Below are positions 17,909 through 27,336 of a stretch of DNA of 32,000 bases, piece by piece. The stretch's first letter is position 1. The number at the start of each line of letters is the position of its first letter. This stretch comes from Promethearchaeota archaeon (GTDB lineage Archaea > Asgardarchaeota > Hermodarchaeia > Hermodarchaeales > Hermodarchaeaceae), in assembly GCA_048938295.1 (NCBI GenBank), contig JBHLMI010000018.1, positions 21,740-53,739 on the forward strand, given 5' to 3'. Below the pieces are notes generated by a model. The model had not been told where the DNA came from. It worked only from the letters and a program-made list of their open reading frames with translations, and did not search any database. Position numbers and translations under genes: made by a program.

Positions 17909-18697
17909 ATGGACATAGTAACAGAAATTGAACGCGAACAGATTCTAGCCCTGTTAAGAGAAGGGAAACGCATTGACGGACGAGGTTTTGATGATGTCCG
18001 CCCAATCAAAATTAAATTAGGGCTTATAACTAAAGCTGAAGGCTCAGCTGAAGCTTGGTTAGGAAATAGCCGTGTATTAGCAGGTGTAAAAATCCAGGTT
18101 GGGAAACCATTCCCCGACACTCCTAATGAAGGAGTTGTAATCACCTCATCAGAACTTTACCCCATTGCATCTCCCACATTTGAACTTGGACCTCCCGATG
18201 AACAGTCCATCGAATTGGCAAGAGTCGTTGATCGAGGAATCCGCCATTCAAGCGCCATCAACCGAACTGATCTGTGCATCAAGGAAGGTCAACATGTCTA
18301 CATGGTGTTGTTGGACCTGTACATATTAGCTGATCATGGGAACCTCATCGATGCCGCCTCCATCGCTGGAGTTAGCGCCTTGAAAGATACAAAGTTACCC
18401 AAGGTCAACATTCCCGAAGGTGGTGAAGCTGAACTCCTGGAAGACACCATTCCACTCAAAATGGGTCCTCTCCCACTAACTCTGACTTTTGCCAAGATTG
18501 GTGACAGTATTATCGTTGATCCAAACCTTGCAGAAGAAAGAGTGATGGATGCCCGCCTCTCCATTGCCATCGATGGTGACGACACGATTGCATCAATGCA
18601 AAAATGGGGATCCAGTCCATTTACTCGGCAAGAAGTTATTGACTGCGTTGAACGTGCTAGCAAAATTGTTAAAAAGATACGCAAACAGCTTCCCTAA
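17909..18697 (+). CDS. rrp42: Exosome core subunit Rrp42
   Basis: [62 protein letters not shown]. Confidence 0.96.
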   Translation: MDIVTEIEREQILALLREGKRIDGRGFDDVRPIKIKLGLITKAEGSAEAWLGNSRVLAGVKIQVGKPFPDTPNEGVVITSSELYPIASPTFELGPPDEQSIELARVVDRGIRHSSAINRTDLCIKEGQHVYMVLLDLYILADHGNLIDAASIAGVSALKDTKLPKVNIPEGGEAELLEDTIPLKMGPLPLTLTFAKIGDSIIVDPNLAEERVMDARLSIAIDGDDTIASMQKWGSSPFTRQEVIDCVERASKIVKKIRKQLP

Positions 18698-18711
18698 AGG
18701 TGAGTAATCTA

Positions 18712-18987
18712 ATGGGACGAACGAAAAAAGTAGGCACTGCAGGGCGCTTTGGTGCCCGGTACGGTGTTACCATCCGTCAGCGTGTCGCAAAGATTGAGGC
18801 TAATATGAAGGTATTGCACAAGTGTCCTAGCTGCCAAACGAAGGCAGTACGCCGCGTGTCAACAGGCATTTGGAGCTGCCGCAAATGCGGATATACCTTC
18901 ACCGGTGGAGCCTATAGCCCTGCCACGGACGCCCAGAAGATACTCCGCTCTTTCCGTGAACGCTCGGCTAGCCGGCGAACAAAGTGA
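18712..18987 (+). CDS. rpl37ae: 50S ribosomal protein eL43 (L37ae)
   Basis: [34 protein letters not shown]. Confidence 0.97.
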   Translation: MGRTKKVGTAGRFGARYGVTIRQRVAKIEANMKVLHKCPSCQTKAVRRVSTGIWSCRKCGYTFTGGAYSPATDAQKILRSFRERSASRRTK

Positions 18988-19544
18988 TAGCCATCGGCAC
19001 TACTCGAAAACCCACCCAACGTATTCGTAGCTTCATTAAGGAACTAAACCGTGTCATTCCAGGTTCGATACGATTAACACGCGGAAAACAAGCCTTTGAC
19101 GAATTCTGCGAATCAGCCTTCAGTCAAAGTGCCACTCGTATACTACTCGTAGGTGCATTTCATGGGAACCCAGGTCGTATCGGCTTCTTACATCATTCTC
19201 AAGATACCTGGGAGTTTCAACCACCAACGATAATCCTAAAATCGGTGCAACTCCTCCAGGACCAAAAAAACCAAACACCACGCACTATCAAACGCCTAGT
19301 TGTACTTGCCGACACTTCCTATGATCAAAACAAAGCCACTATATTAGCCAAAGCCCTTGATGTACCTTGTGTTAATCGCGATACACTACCAAGCATTTCA
19401 AACAAAATAGCGATCTTACGTGTAGCATTATCCCGCTACAAAGTCATGGATTTTGTTACACCAGATGAAACCCATCTCCTTGGTCCTGCTCTGCGAGTGA
19501 AACACTACCTGAACCGTTCCATGGGGGAAGCGAAACGGTGGTAA
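18984..19544 (+). CDS. Brix-domain ribosome biogenesis protein (Imp4-like)
   Basis: [26 protein letters not shown]. Canonical position after rpl37ae. Confidence 0.8.
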   Translation: MIAIGTTRKPTQRIRSFIKELNRVIPGSIRLTRGKQAFDEFCESAFSQSATRILLVGAFHGNPGRIGFLHHSQDTWEFQPPTIILKSVQLLQDQKNQTPRTIKRLVVLADTSYDQNKATILAKALDVPCVNRDTLPSISNKIAILRVALSRYKVMDFVTPDETHLLGPALRVKHYLNRSMGEAKRW

Positions 19545-19807
19545 ACTCCCCATCTTATACACTGACCATCACCCTGCATCTTGAAAACGTGCGCAACAAG
19601 GCGGTTATCTGGTCCGCCCTAGAACCGGAATTGTCGTCGATAGATTCAAAAAGAGTCACGCTTCACAATAAGTCCAACACAACTGAAATCGTGTTTCACC
19701 TTACAGCCTCAGATGTAAATGCCCTTCGCGCGGCGGCCACGTCGCTGATGCGATTATATTTGGTGGCTGATGGTGTGCACCAACTGATGGTGAAAAAAAA
19801 TGGGTGA
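19538..19807 (+). CDS. pcc1: KEOPS subunit Pcc1 family protein
   Basis: ALEPE, ASDVNALRAAATSLMR. Synteny Brix-pcc1-pfdB. Confidence 0.85.
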   Translation: MVNSPSYTLTITLHLENVRNKAVIWSALEPELSSIDSKRVTLHNKSNTTEIVFHLTASDVNALRAAATSLMRLYLVADGVHQLMVKKNG

Positions 19808-20165
19808 AGAGCTTCCACCGCGTGTTCGTCAGCAGCTTGTACGGGTTCAGCAAACACGTGATAGTCTACAATACGTTACAGCCTTACTGCTTCAGGTTAA
19901 ACAGCAGCTCGCTGAAAATAAAAATGCTCAAGAGCAGATAAGTGGATTGACCGACAAAAGCGTGATCTATCAAGCCTCTGGACCACTACTCTTTAAAACT
20001 ACAAAGACCAAGGCGACCAACTCTCTAAAAGAGCAGATTGAGGCGCTTGAGCTACGTGTAAAATCCCTTGAAAAACAGGAAACCCAATTACGCAAACAAT
20101 ATGATACTCTCCAAGAAACTCTTCGAGGCATGCTTGGGCAACCTGGTCCCGCTCCTGCTGGCTAG
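19800..20165 (+). CDS. pfdB: Prefoldin beta subunit
   Basis: ELPPRVRQQL, coiled-coil heptads, IYQASGPLLFK, LELRVKSLEKQE. Confidence 0.92.
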   Translation: MGEELPPRVRQQLVRVQQTRDSLQYVTALLLQVKQQLAENKNAQEQISGLTDKSVIYQASGPLLFKTTKTKATNSLKEQIEALELRVKSLEKQETQLRKQYDTLQETLRGMLGQPGPAPAG

Positions 20166-20189
20166 TCTCTGTCGCTGACCTTTCCGCCC

Positions 20190-21260
20190 TTGAAACCGAT
20201 TATTCAGATGGCGGGAGTTTTCTTGAAACAACTCAACCCTTCCTTGTTCCTTAGTACGTTGTTGGAGAAGACTAAGGATTCAGTGGCTTTAGTCTTGCAT
20301 CAAAGTGCTGACCCTGATGCAATCGGCAGTGCTGCAGCATTAGCCCAACTGCTATCGCAGCAAGCTCAGATTCGTTCACAGATATTCGCAGAAAGCTTGA
20401 ACCGCTCTGCCAACAACATTGCCACTTTTTTCCATATCGAACTCGGATCCCCCGAGGCGCTCGCACAACACTCAACTATCGTATTGATCGATCTGAACAA
20501 TTTTGAGCAATTAGGTGATCTTACCTCACACCTGCCACAAAAAGGGGCCACAATATTTTGTATCGATCATCACACGCCTCACAAAGATCTCCCCCAATTG
20601 ACGAACTACCTGCTTTATAATGACCAAATCCGGTCCACAGCTGAACTCATCTTGTTTCTCTGGGAGGCAAGTACCCATAAACCAAGTGCAGATACGGCTA
20701 CACAATTAGCCTGTGGCCTGGTTTACGATTCACGACACTTTCATATCGCTATGAAAAATACCTTTGAGCACTTTCTCAGCTTGCTGCAATATGGTGCTGA
20801 TTATGAACGGGTGCTCGCACTATTATCAACCCCGTTGGACAAATCCGAACGCATCGCTCGCCTGAAAGCGACTCAACGCGTAGTGTTATACGATGAGTTT
20901 GGCTTGCTTATAGCCGCGACGAAAATTCGCTCCTATGAGGCTAGCGTGTGCAGAGCCCTCATCGGCCTTGGGGCTGATATTGCCATTGCTTGTGCTGATA
21001 AACGCGATGAGGTTCGAATCAGTGCCCGGTCGAATTTATCCGTGAACCAGGAAACAGGTCTTGACTTGGCACGGGATGTCATGGAACCCCTAGGAGAAAT
21101 GATTGGCGGTGCTGGTGGTGGTCATCCTTCTGCGGCTGGAGCAAATGGTGTAGCCTCCAGTGACCATGCTCTGGGACTTGCCCTCCAATTGATTCGGAAA
21201 GCTCTAAAAGCTCATCCGACTGAATTTCAACCGGCTTCCGATCAAGGTTCTGATAGGTGA
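20190..21260 (+). CDS. DHH/DHHA1 family phosphoesterase
   Basis: HQSADPDA, IDHH, STAE, RISARS, GGGHPSAAGANG. Conserved neighbour of pfdB. Confidence 0.85.
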   Translation: MKPIIQMAGVFLKQLNPSLFLSTLLEKTKDSVALVLHQSADPDAIGSAAALAQLLSQQAQIRSQIFAESLNRSANNIATFFHIELGSPEALAQHSTIVLIDLNNFEQLGDLTSHLPQKGATIFCIDHHTPHKDLPQLTNYLLYNDQIRSTAELILFLWEASTHKPSADTATQLACGLVYDSRHFHIAMKNTFEHFLSLLQYGADYERVLALLSTPLDKSERIARLKATQRVVLYDEFGLLIAATKIRSYEASVCRALIGLGADIAIACADKRDEVRISARSNLSVNQETGLDLARDVMEPLGEMIGGAGGGHPSAAGANGVASSDHALGLALQLIRKALKAHPTEFQPASDQGSDR

Positions 21261-21266
21261 CATACT

Positions 21267-22106
21267 GTGAGCATTGAAATTAACCGGCTGTCCTTCACCT
21301 ATTCAGGCTCTGACACGAAGGTATTAGATGATATCTCACTTTTCATTCCCCAAGGCGCGTTCGTTGCCCTCGTCGGGCCAAGTGGGTGTGGGAAAACCAC
21401 ATTAGCTCGTTGTCTTAATGGTCTCATTCCCCATTTTCACCCTGGGGATTTGGAAGGTACTGTCCTCGTCCAAGGATTGAACTCGCAAGAGCATCAAGCC
21501 CATGAACTCGCCCAGAAAGTAGGACTAGTGTTTCAAAACCCGGAAAACCAGTTGGTTGCTCCCACAGTGGAACGCGAATTGGCGTTCGGACCTGAGAACC
21601 TTGGTGTTCCTCGTGACGAAATTCGTCAGCGAGTAGAGATCCTGCTTCGCCAGAATAATCTCTTAGAACTGCGCGATAAAGCACCCTATGAGCTCTCCGG
21701 AGGTGAACAACAACGAGTTGCCATCGCCGCGATTCTTGCCCTTGAACCCGATATACTGGTGTTAGATGAACCAACGGCGAATCTTGATCCCTTATCAGCA
21801 TACGAGATCCTTAACCTTATAGCAAAATTGAATCAAGAAATGAAAATCACTGTCCTTCTCATTGAACACCGATTGGAACTCGTGTTGCCTCATATCCAAG
21901 AGCTCATTGTTCTCGATAATGGGAAACTCCTGGCGATGGGACCTCCTGCTGAGGTCTTCAACAACCCCCAGGTCTCTAGAGTTGGTGTAGCTATCCCCCG
22001 ACTGATCCAGCTAATGAAGCAACTCGATAACCCGCGAATTCGTGCAACGACGCCCCTTTCCGTTGACGAGGCAATTGGCACCATACTCAAGGAGGTACGA
22101 CGGTGA
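21267..22106 (+). CDS. ecfA1: ECF transporter ATPase A1
   Basis: GPSGCGKT, VFQNPENQ, LSGGEQQR, LVLDEP. Confidence 0.9.
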   Translation: MSIEINRLSFTYSGSDTKVLDDISLFIPQGAFVALVGPSGCGKTTLARCLNGLIPHFHPGDLEGTVLVQGLNSQEHQAHELAQKVGLVFQNPENQLVAPTVERELAFGPENLGVPRDEIRQRVEILLRQNNLLELRDKAPYELSGGEQQRVAIAAILALEPDILVLDEPTANLDPLSAYEILNLIAKLNQEMKITVLLIEHRLELVLPHIQELIVLDNGKLLAMGPPAEVFNNPQVSRVGVAIPRLIQLMKQLDNPRIRATTPLSVDEAIGTILKEVRR

Positions 22107-22930
22107 TTCTGTTCAAACAAGTCGGGTTTGAATATGAACCTGGCAGGCCAGTTCTTCAGAATATCAACCTCGAATTAGAACCTGGCCAAGTTGTAGGTCT
22201 CATGGGGGAAAATGGGGCAGGAAAAACCACCTTAGTGAAGCACATCAACGGCCTACTCAAACCCACGACCGGTGCCGTGTATGTAAATAACGTCGATACA
22301 CGGGACACTTCAACAGCCCAGTTAGCCAAAACAGTCGGACTGGTTTTTCAGAATGCTGACCATCAACTTTTCGCAGATACCTTACAGTCGGAGGTGGCCT
22401 TTGGATTACGAAATCTGGGTTTTTCGAAAGAAGAGGTAGACAAGCGAGTAGCCCAGTATCTGAAACTATTCGAACTTACTCGCTACGAAGATCAATCTCC
22501 CTTTCTTCTCAGTGGAGGCGAAAGAAAACGTTTGGCTTTAGCATCTGTACTCTGTGTTGAACCGAAGGTCCTCATATTAGATGAACCCACCCAGGCCCAA
22601 GATGCCCTGCAGAAAGACAAGCTGCTCAACTTCATTGACTCCTTCCGAGATCCCGATCACATCCTACTACTAGTCACTCATGATGTGGAGTTTGCCATCC
22701 GTGCCGTCGACCGGCTGCTCATCCTTTCAAACGGGCAGTTGATTGCAGATGGGGCCCCTCACCAAATCCTGGGTACCCCGCTTCTCTTGGATCGGGCTCG
22801 TTTATTACCACCGCAACTCACACAGTTTGCCTATGAAATGGCGAGGCAATTTCCCCAGTTCCCTACCAATGTAACCACTCTTGACGAAACTGTCGAGGCA
22901 GTGAATCAACTAATTAGGAGTAGAAGGTGA
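22103..22930 (+). CDS. ecfA2: ECF transporter ATPase A2
   Basis: GENGAGKT, VFQNADHQ, SPFLLSGGERKR, LILDEP. Confidence 0.9.
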   Translation: MILFKQVGFEYEPGRPVLQNINLELEPGQVVGLMGENGAGKTTLVKHINGLLKPTTGAVYVNNVDTRDTSTAQLAKTVGLVFQNADHQLFADTLQSEVAFGLRNLGFSKEEVDKRVAQYLKLFELTRYEDQSPFLLSGGERKRLALASVLCVEPKVLILDEPTQAQDALQKDKLLNFIDSFRDPDHILLLVTHDVEFAIRAVDRLLILSNGQLIADGAPHQILGTPLLLDRARLLPPQLTQFAYEMARQFPQFPTNVTTLDETVEAVNQLIRSRR

Positions 22931-22936
22931 ACTAGC

Positions 22937-23716
22937 GTGGCTGCGATATTCGAAGCTTTCCGATTCAAACAAAAAAACACCTTCATGCATGGCCTAGATC
23001 CCCGGACCACCTTCTTCATGGCTGTCACCTTCTCTATCATCGGCATGCTCTTTCTCCAAATTATCCCTCTCCTCATCGTATTTCTCTCCATGGTTCCTTT
23101 CATTTTGCTTGCCCGCTCTACTCGGCAATGGTTCAAAAGCCTTCAAGGACTTGCTATTCTTGCCGGGTTCATTCTGCTCATCAATTCGTTCTTCATCTCC
23201 TTCTCGTTCGCTGTCTCAACGGTGCTCCGATTGGTCGTCCTGATGACCGCCTTTTCCCTCTTCTTTCTCACCGTTCATCCCGATGATTTCGCACTAGCCC
23301 TCATCAAAATGCATATCCCCTATGAATTCGCCTTTGCCTTCTCCATGGCGGTACGCTATGTGCCCACCATTGCCACTGAAACAGAAACAATTCGAGATGC
23401 CCAGATGTCACGGGGGTTAGAACTAGAACGGGGCAACATCTTGCAAAAAGTACGCAACTACATTCCCATCCTCATCCCCATCATTGTCAGCTCCATTCGT
23501 CGGGCACTGCAAGTCGCTGAAAGCTTGGAATCCCGCGCCTTTGGGTCTACGACCAAACGAACTAGCCTGTATGACTTGTCACTTCGAAAACGCGATTACG
23601 CCATGCTCCTCCTCACTACATTAGCTCTCATTTTTGCCCTTTATGTGGCCTTTGTGGTACGCATTCAATTCCCCTTTTTGCTACCCGATTGGTTTTTCTG
23701 GAGCCTTCCCTTCTAA
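22937..23716 (+). CDS. ecfT: ECF transporter transmembrane T component
   Basis: LDPRT, several TMs, AQMSRG and LESRAF X-R-X motifs. Confidence 0.92.
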   Translation: MAAIFEAFRFKQKNTFMHGLDPRTTFFMAVTFSIIGMLFLQIIPLLIVFLSMVPFILLARSTRQWFKSLQGLAILAGFILLINSFFISFSFAVSTVLRLVVLMTAFSLFFLTVHPDDFALALIKMHIPYEFAFAFSMAVRYVPTIATETETIRDAQMSRGLELERGNILQKVRNYIPILIPIIVSSIRRALQVAESLESRAFGSTTKRTSLYDLSLRKRDYAMLLLTTLALIFALYVAFVVRIQFPFLLPDWFFWSLPF

Positions 23717-23755
23717 TCGCATTAGGAATATCCCCATCAATGGTGAAAACATCAC

Positions 23756-24355
23756 ATGTCTCCTCTGCTTGTGCAGGAAGTATTCGTTGGCACCGAATCG
23801 CACCAAGTGGGTGTCTTTGGGTTTATTCGGTCCACACCATTGATACCTGAAACAATAGCTAGGCTCACCAAGCAATTCGAGTCCACTCATCGGGTGACGC
23901 TGCAACTCGTAGATGCCGATAAGGTCGCAGGTCCAGATCATTTACTCTTTGCCACCCTTCATGCGTACACTGCGTTCCATCACAAGACTAATCGTGCTTC
24001 TACCCTTGCCATGGAAATTTTACGATTTGCTGCCGCACAACGCCAAATCACAGAAGCGTTGAGTCAAATAGGCGTCTCTAGTTCTACCTGCCGATTCGGC
24101 GGAGTATTGACTAATTCAGAGACTACCTCCCTAGAAACGGCATACCACGGTTTCTTATCCGATGTTGAGGGAGCCGATGATACATCGGTCTTAGAAATTA
24201 CTACTGAACGCAAAGAACAAATTATCCGCGAAGCGTTTCAAATCCGTGAGGATGAATTAGTGGCAATTAGTCCATCTATGAAGCCTGAAGATCGAAGGCA
24301 GGCACTGAAAAAGACCGTCTACGACCACTGCGCCCTTCTCGCCATCTCGCGTTAG
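23756..24355 (+). CDS. cgi121: KEOPS subunit Cgi121
   Basis: QLVDADKVAGPDHL, EILRFAAAQRQITEALSQIG. Confidence 0.85.
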   Translation: MSPLLVQEVFVGTESHQVGVFGFIRSTPLIPETIARLTKQFESTHRVTLQLVDADKVAGPDHLLFATLHAYTAFHHKTNRASTLAMEILRFAAAQRQITEALSQIGVSSSTCRFGGVLTNSETTSLETAYHGFLSDVEGADDTSVLEITTERKEQIIREAFQIREDELVAISPSMKPEDRRQALKKTVYDHCALLAISR

Positions 24356-24900
24356 GGACGACGAAGGGTTACACTCTCTTCTTTACGTAGCAAGGCAAGA
24401 CCCGTGACTGGCCCGAGGATTTCAACCGCAACAATCCACTCATACTCTTCCAAATCTACTTTTCCAGGGAATTGAATGGCGATTTCATGCAAGAGTTTCC
24501 TGCGATCTAGCCTGGTATCCCGACGGTTAAGGTTCACGCGGAACTTTGCTTCTTCTGGCATCTGTTTTGCCAGCTCTTTACTGCCGTCACGAATCGCCTC
24601 CAAGGTGCTGGTAACGACGAGGTCGATGGGGTGGATTTTCAGCAAATCACGCACAATCCATGGCATTTTTTTCACAAGTTGTCCAATACGCATGACAAAG
24701 GCGTGGGGGTCTCCCTCGTGTTTCGCAACAACCAGACAAGAAATGCCTGTTAGTTTGCACCATTCCAGGGATCCAAGTTCTGGGTCGTCGTCGATTATTC
24801 GCCGAAGTTCTTGGCAGCTTTCTGCCTCTTGGAATTGACGACAGGATAACAACAGGTTGAATTGATTGTTGACGGATAGCATACGGCTCAAGGGGTGCAC
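24352..24900 (-). CDS. Stand-alone THUMP-domain protein (Tan1/THUMPD1-like)
   Basis: FNLLLSC..FQE..SCQE, KIHPID, FRVNLNRR, KVDLEEY..IVAVEILG. Start could be about 24882. Confidence 0.8.
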   Translation of the reverse strand: MHPLSRMLSVNNQFNLLLSCRQFQEAESCQELRRIIDDDPELGSLEWCKLTGISCLVVAKHEGDPHAFVMRIGQLVKKMPWIVRDLLKIHPIDLVVTSTLEAIRDGSKELAKQMPEEAKFRVNLNRRDTRLDRRKLLHEIAIQFPGKVDLEEYEWIVAVEILGPVTGLALLRKEESVTLRRP

Positions 24901-24945
24901 GTATCTATTTTTAAGTCTTCAGGAACCAAAACTTTGTCGCCAGAA

Positions 24946-25590
24946 TCATTTATCTTTTCTCGCCTTTAAGAAGTGGGCAAGGTTTCCTCTGGTTACGACG
25001 CCTTCACGGACGAGTTGTGGGGGGTCGACTGTGCAATTAATGATTGTGGAGTCCTTCGAATGCTGAGTGGGTCCTGCGTCCAGAATGAAATCCACAAGTC
25101 CTCCTAAATAGGCGGCGGCAGCCTCAGCTGTGCGTGGGCTAGGCTTGTTCGAGGTGTTGGCACTGGTCCCAATGATTGGATATCCAGTAGCCTGTATTAT
25201 CGCCAAAGTCACAGGATGGTTGGGAACACGGACCGCAAGTGAATTCTGAGGGCCCAAAATCCCCGCAGGATACTCGTGATGAGATGGTGCAATGATGGTC
25301 AGGGCTCCTGGCCAAAACTGCATTGCTATTCTCTCAGCTAGCGGAGGAAGCCTAACAAGCTTTCGGACTTGGACTAGGCTAGCAGCCAGCAGTGGCATAC
25401 CTAATTTATCTGTTCGCTGTTTCACGTCGAGAATTCGTTGCACAACTATCGCCTCTGACGGATTTCCCGTTAAGCCATAAGCTGTATCTGTGGGGAGCAC
25501 AATGATTTGTCCCTTCTTGATGCGAGCAGCGACTTCTTGAATAAGGTTTAGATCCAGGTTTTCGGGGTCAATGGTATGACTCCTATTCAT
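24946..25590 (-). CDS. tsaC: L-threonylcarbamoyladenylate synthase, single-domain TsaC/YrdC type
   Basis: LPTDTAYGL, KQR, FWPGALT, AVRVP, GTSANTS, DSTIINC. 214 aa, with no Sua5 C-terminal domain. Confidence 0.93.
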   Translation of the reverse strand: MNRSHTIDPENLDLNLIQEVAARIKKGQIIVLPTDTAYGLTGNPSEAIVVQRILDVKQRTDKLGMPLLAASLVQVRKLVRLPPLAERIAMQFWPGALTIIAPSHHEYPAGILGPQNSLAVRVPNHPVTLAIIQATGYPIIGTSANTSNKPSPRTAEAAAAYLGGLVDFILDAGPTQHSKDSTIINCTVDPPQLVREGVVTRGNLAHFLKARKDK

Positions 25591-25653
25591 TTTTCAATTG
25601 CCACCACCAATGTAGAAGACGTTCTAGCCTAAAACCTGTTCGAGGCACAATCT

Positions 25654-26661
25654 TTGCAAGGAATTATTCTAGCCAGTGGACGCGGCGAACGTTTCTGGCC
25701 GCTGACTGCGTACACTCCCAAGCCTCTACTTCCCCTGGTCAATCTCCCACTCCTTGAACATCTCCTATCTGCCCTTTCCGAAGCTGGGTGTACTGAAATC
25801 TATGTCAGCATCGGATATGCCGCAGACCAAACGTATGATTTTCTCTCCACCATAGAACTTCCCTCGGCCATTACGCCAGTGCTGGCTGAAGATTGGGAAC
25901 ATGGACCCTTTGCCTCCTTTCAAGCTGTGCTCCCTTATCTGTCCACTGACGAACCAGTCATACTCGTTCCTACTGACTTGTATGTTTCTCCCCAGGATTT
26001 GCACCTTCTCATATCGACGTCTTCCCCCATGGCGTTGCTCTTTGATCCTCAGAAGAAACAAGCTGGTTCCCAAGTAACGATGAACAGATCCAATCAGATA
26101 ACTGAACTTACCCAATCGCAGTCAATTCTTCCTGAAGCTTTTCCCAATCTACCTGCACTTCGGGCGATGCCTAACTTCTTAGACCAACCATTGCCCGAAG
26201 ATCTGAACTTCTCCTTCACAGTTTTTACGGTACTACAACATTGGCTTGCGGAGGGGGGTCAAATTCAAGGCATACCTACTACAACTTTAACTTGGGCGGA
26301 TATTGACACCCCACATGATTTGGTACGTTTGAATCACCACCTCTTAACGGATGGATGGCCACCTTACCAACACCCTCCTGGTATGTTAGTCCCGAAGGGA
26401 AAATCTTTGGAAGGACCATTAGAAACTGCGAATTTAGCTTTGGGGCCTCATTCACAAATCCACGGGCCTGTGCTTTTGGGAACCCACATTCAAGTAGGTG
26501 AGAACTGTCTCATTCGAGATGGATCTACTCTTGGGAACCACACGGTCATAGAGGCTAATTCCGAACTCGCCCAATGTATCACCCTCGCACACACCCAGGT
26601 TCCCTCCAATGTTGATTTACGTGCTGCAGTGCTAGATGCGCATGGAAGTATCGTTCATTGA
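25654..26661 (+). CDS. Nucleotidyltransferase (GT-A NTP_transferase domain plus short left-handed beta-helix tail)
   Basis: ILASGRGERFWPLTAYTPKPL, WADIDTPHDL, hexapeptide-like C-terminus. Substrate unknown. Confidence 0.8.
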   Translation: MQGIILASGRGERFWPLTAYTPKPLLPLVNLPLLEHLLSALSEAGCTEIYVSIGYAADQTYDFLSTIELPSAITPVLAEDWEHGPFASFQAVLPYLSTDEPVILVPTDLYVSPQDLHLLISTSSPMALLFDPQKKQAGSQVTMNRSNQITELTQSQSILPEAFPNLPALRAMPNFLDQPLPEDLNFSFTVFTVLQHWLAEGGQIQGIPTTTLTWADIDTPHDLVRLNHHLLTDGWPPYQHPPGMLVPKGKSLEGPLETANLALGPHSQIHGPVLLGTHIQVGENCLIRDGSTLGNHTVIEANSELAQCITLAHTQVPSNVDLRAAVLDAHGSIVH

Positions 26662-26667
26662 AACTAA

Positions 26668-27306
26668 ATGGATGCGAGAAAAATGCCCTCACGATTTCGC
26701 CTGCGACGGGTATTCGGTCCCTTGGTGCGGTTTCTAGCCCGGGGCTTCATTCGTCTGAATATCTCACCAAACTGGATTAGCGCGATGGCCTTTTTCTTTG
26801 CTTGCGTAGCCACGCTTTTTCTCATTCTATATCAGTGGGTTATCATCTACGGTTTGCTGGTTTTTGTTGCTGGATTATTAGACGGCGTGGATGGTGAAGT
26901 GGCACGGCAAACTGATCGCGCTTCTCAAGCTGGCGGCTTTCTTGATTCGGTGCTTGATCGTCTTGCCGACGTGATAGTGCTTGTTCCTTTTCTCTGGCTG
27001 CCCAATCCCTTTCCGGAATGGGGACTAAGTTGGTGGTGGGTCACCACCGCGATAATTGGGGTCATTCTGGTCAGCTATGCACGTAGTCGGGCACAAGCAG
27101 CTGGTGTGACAGATACCGATGTTGGGCTTGCTGCCCGCTCCGAACGCCTGTTTATTTTAGTCCTCGCCAGTTTACTTTCCTTCTTTTATCCTCCCATATT
27201 GTATCTGGGGCTCATCGTAGTGGCGATTTTAAGTCATCTCACAGTGGTGTACCGTGTCCTCTATTACCATCGCCAACTTGCCAGAGTAGATACTCCAAAA
27301 CCTTAA
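26668..27306 (+). CDS. CDP-alcohol phosphotransferase, archaetidylinositol-phosphate-synthase/PgsA-like
   Basis: Signature DGVDGEVAR..GGFLDSVLDRLAD. SYARSRA..GV...VGLAARSER as in PIP/AIP synthases. Confidence 0.88.
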   Translation: MDARKMPSRFRLRRVFGPLVRFLARGFIRLNISPNWISAMAFFFACVATLFLILYQWVIIYGLLVFVAGLLDGVDGEVARQTDRASQAGGFLDSVLDRLADVIVLVPFLWLPNPFPEWGLSWWWVTTAIIGVILVSYARSRAQAAGVTDTDVGLAARSERLFILVLASLLSFFYPPILYLGLIVVAILSHLTVVYRVLYYHRQLARVDTPKP

Positions 27307-27336
27307 ACCAGACAACATCATGGTGCATATTTTGCT

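Noticed and set aside
15448-18684. Long antisense ORFs (15448-16017, 15734-16129, 17212-17646, 17656-18144, 18334-18684)
   Set aside because: They are shadows of highly conserved SBDS/rrp41/rrp42 genes, with Ser/Arg-rich non-protein-like composition.
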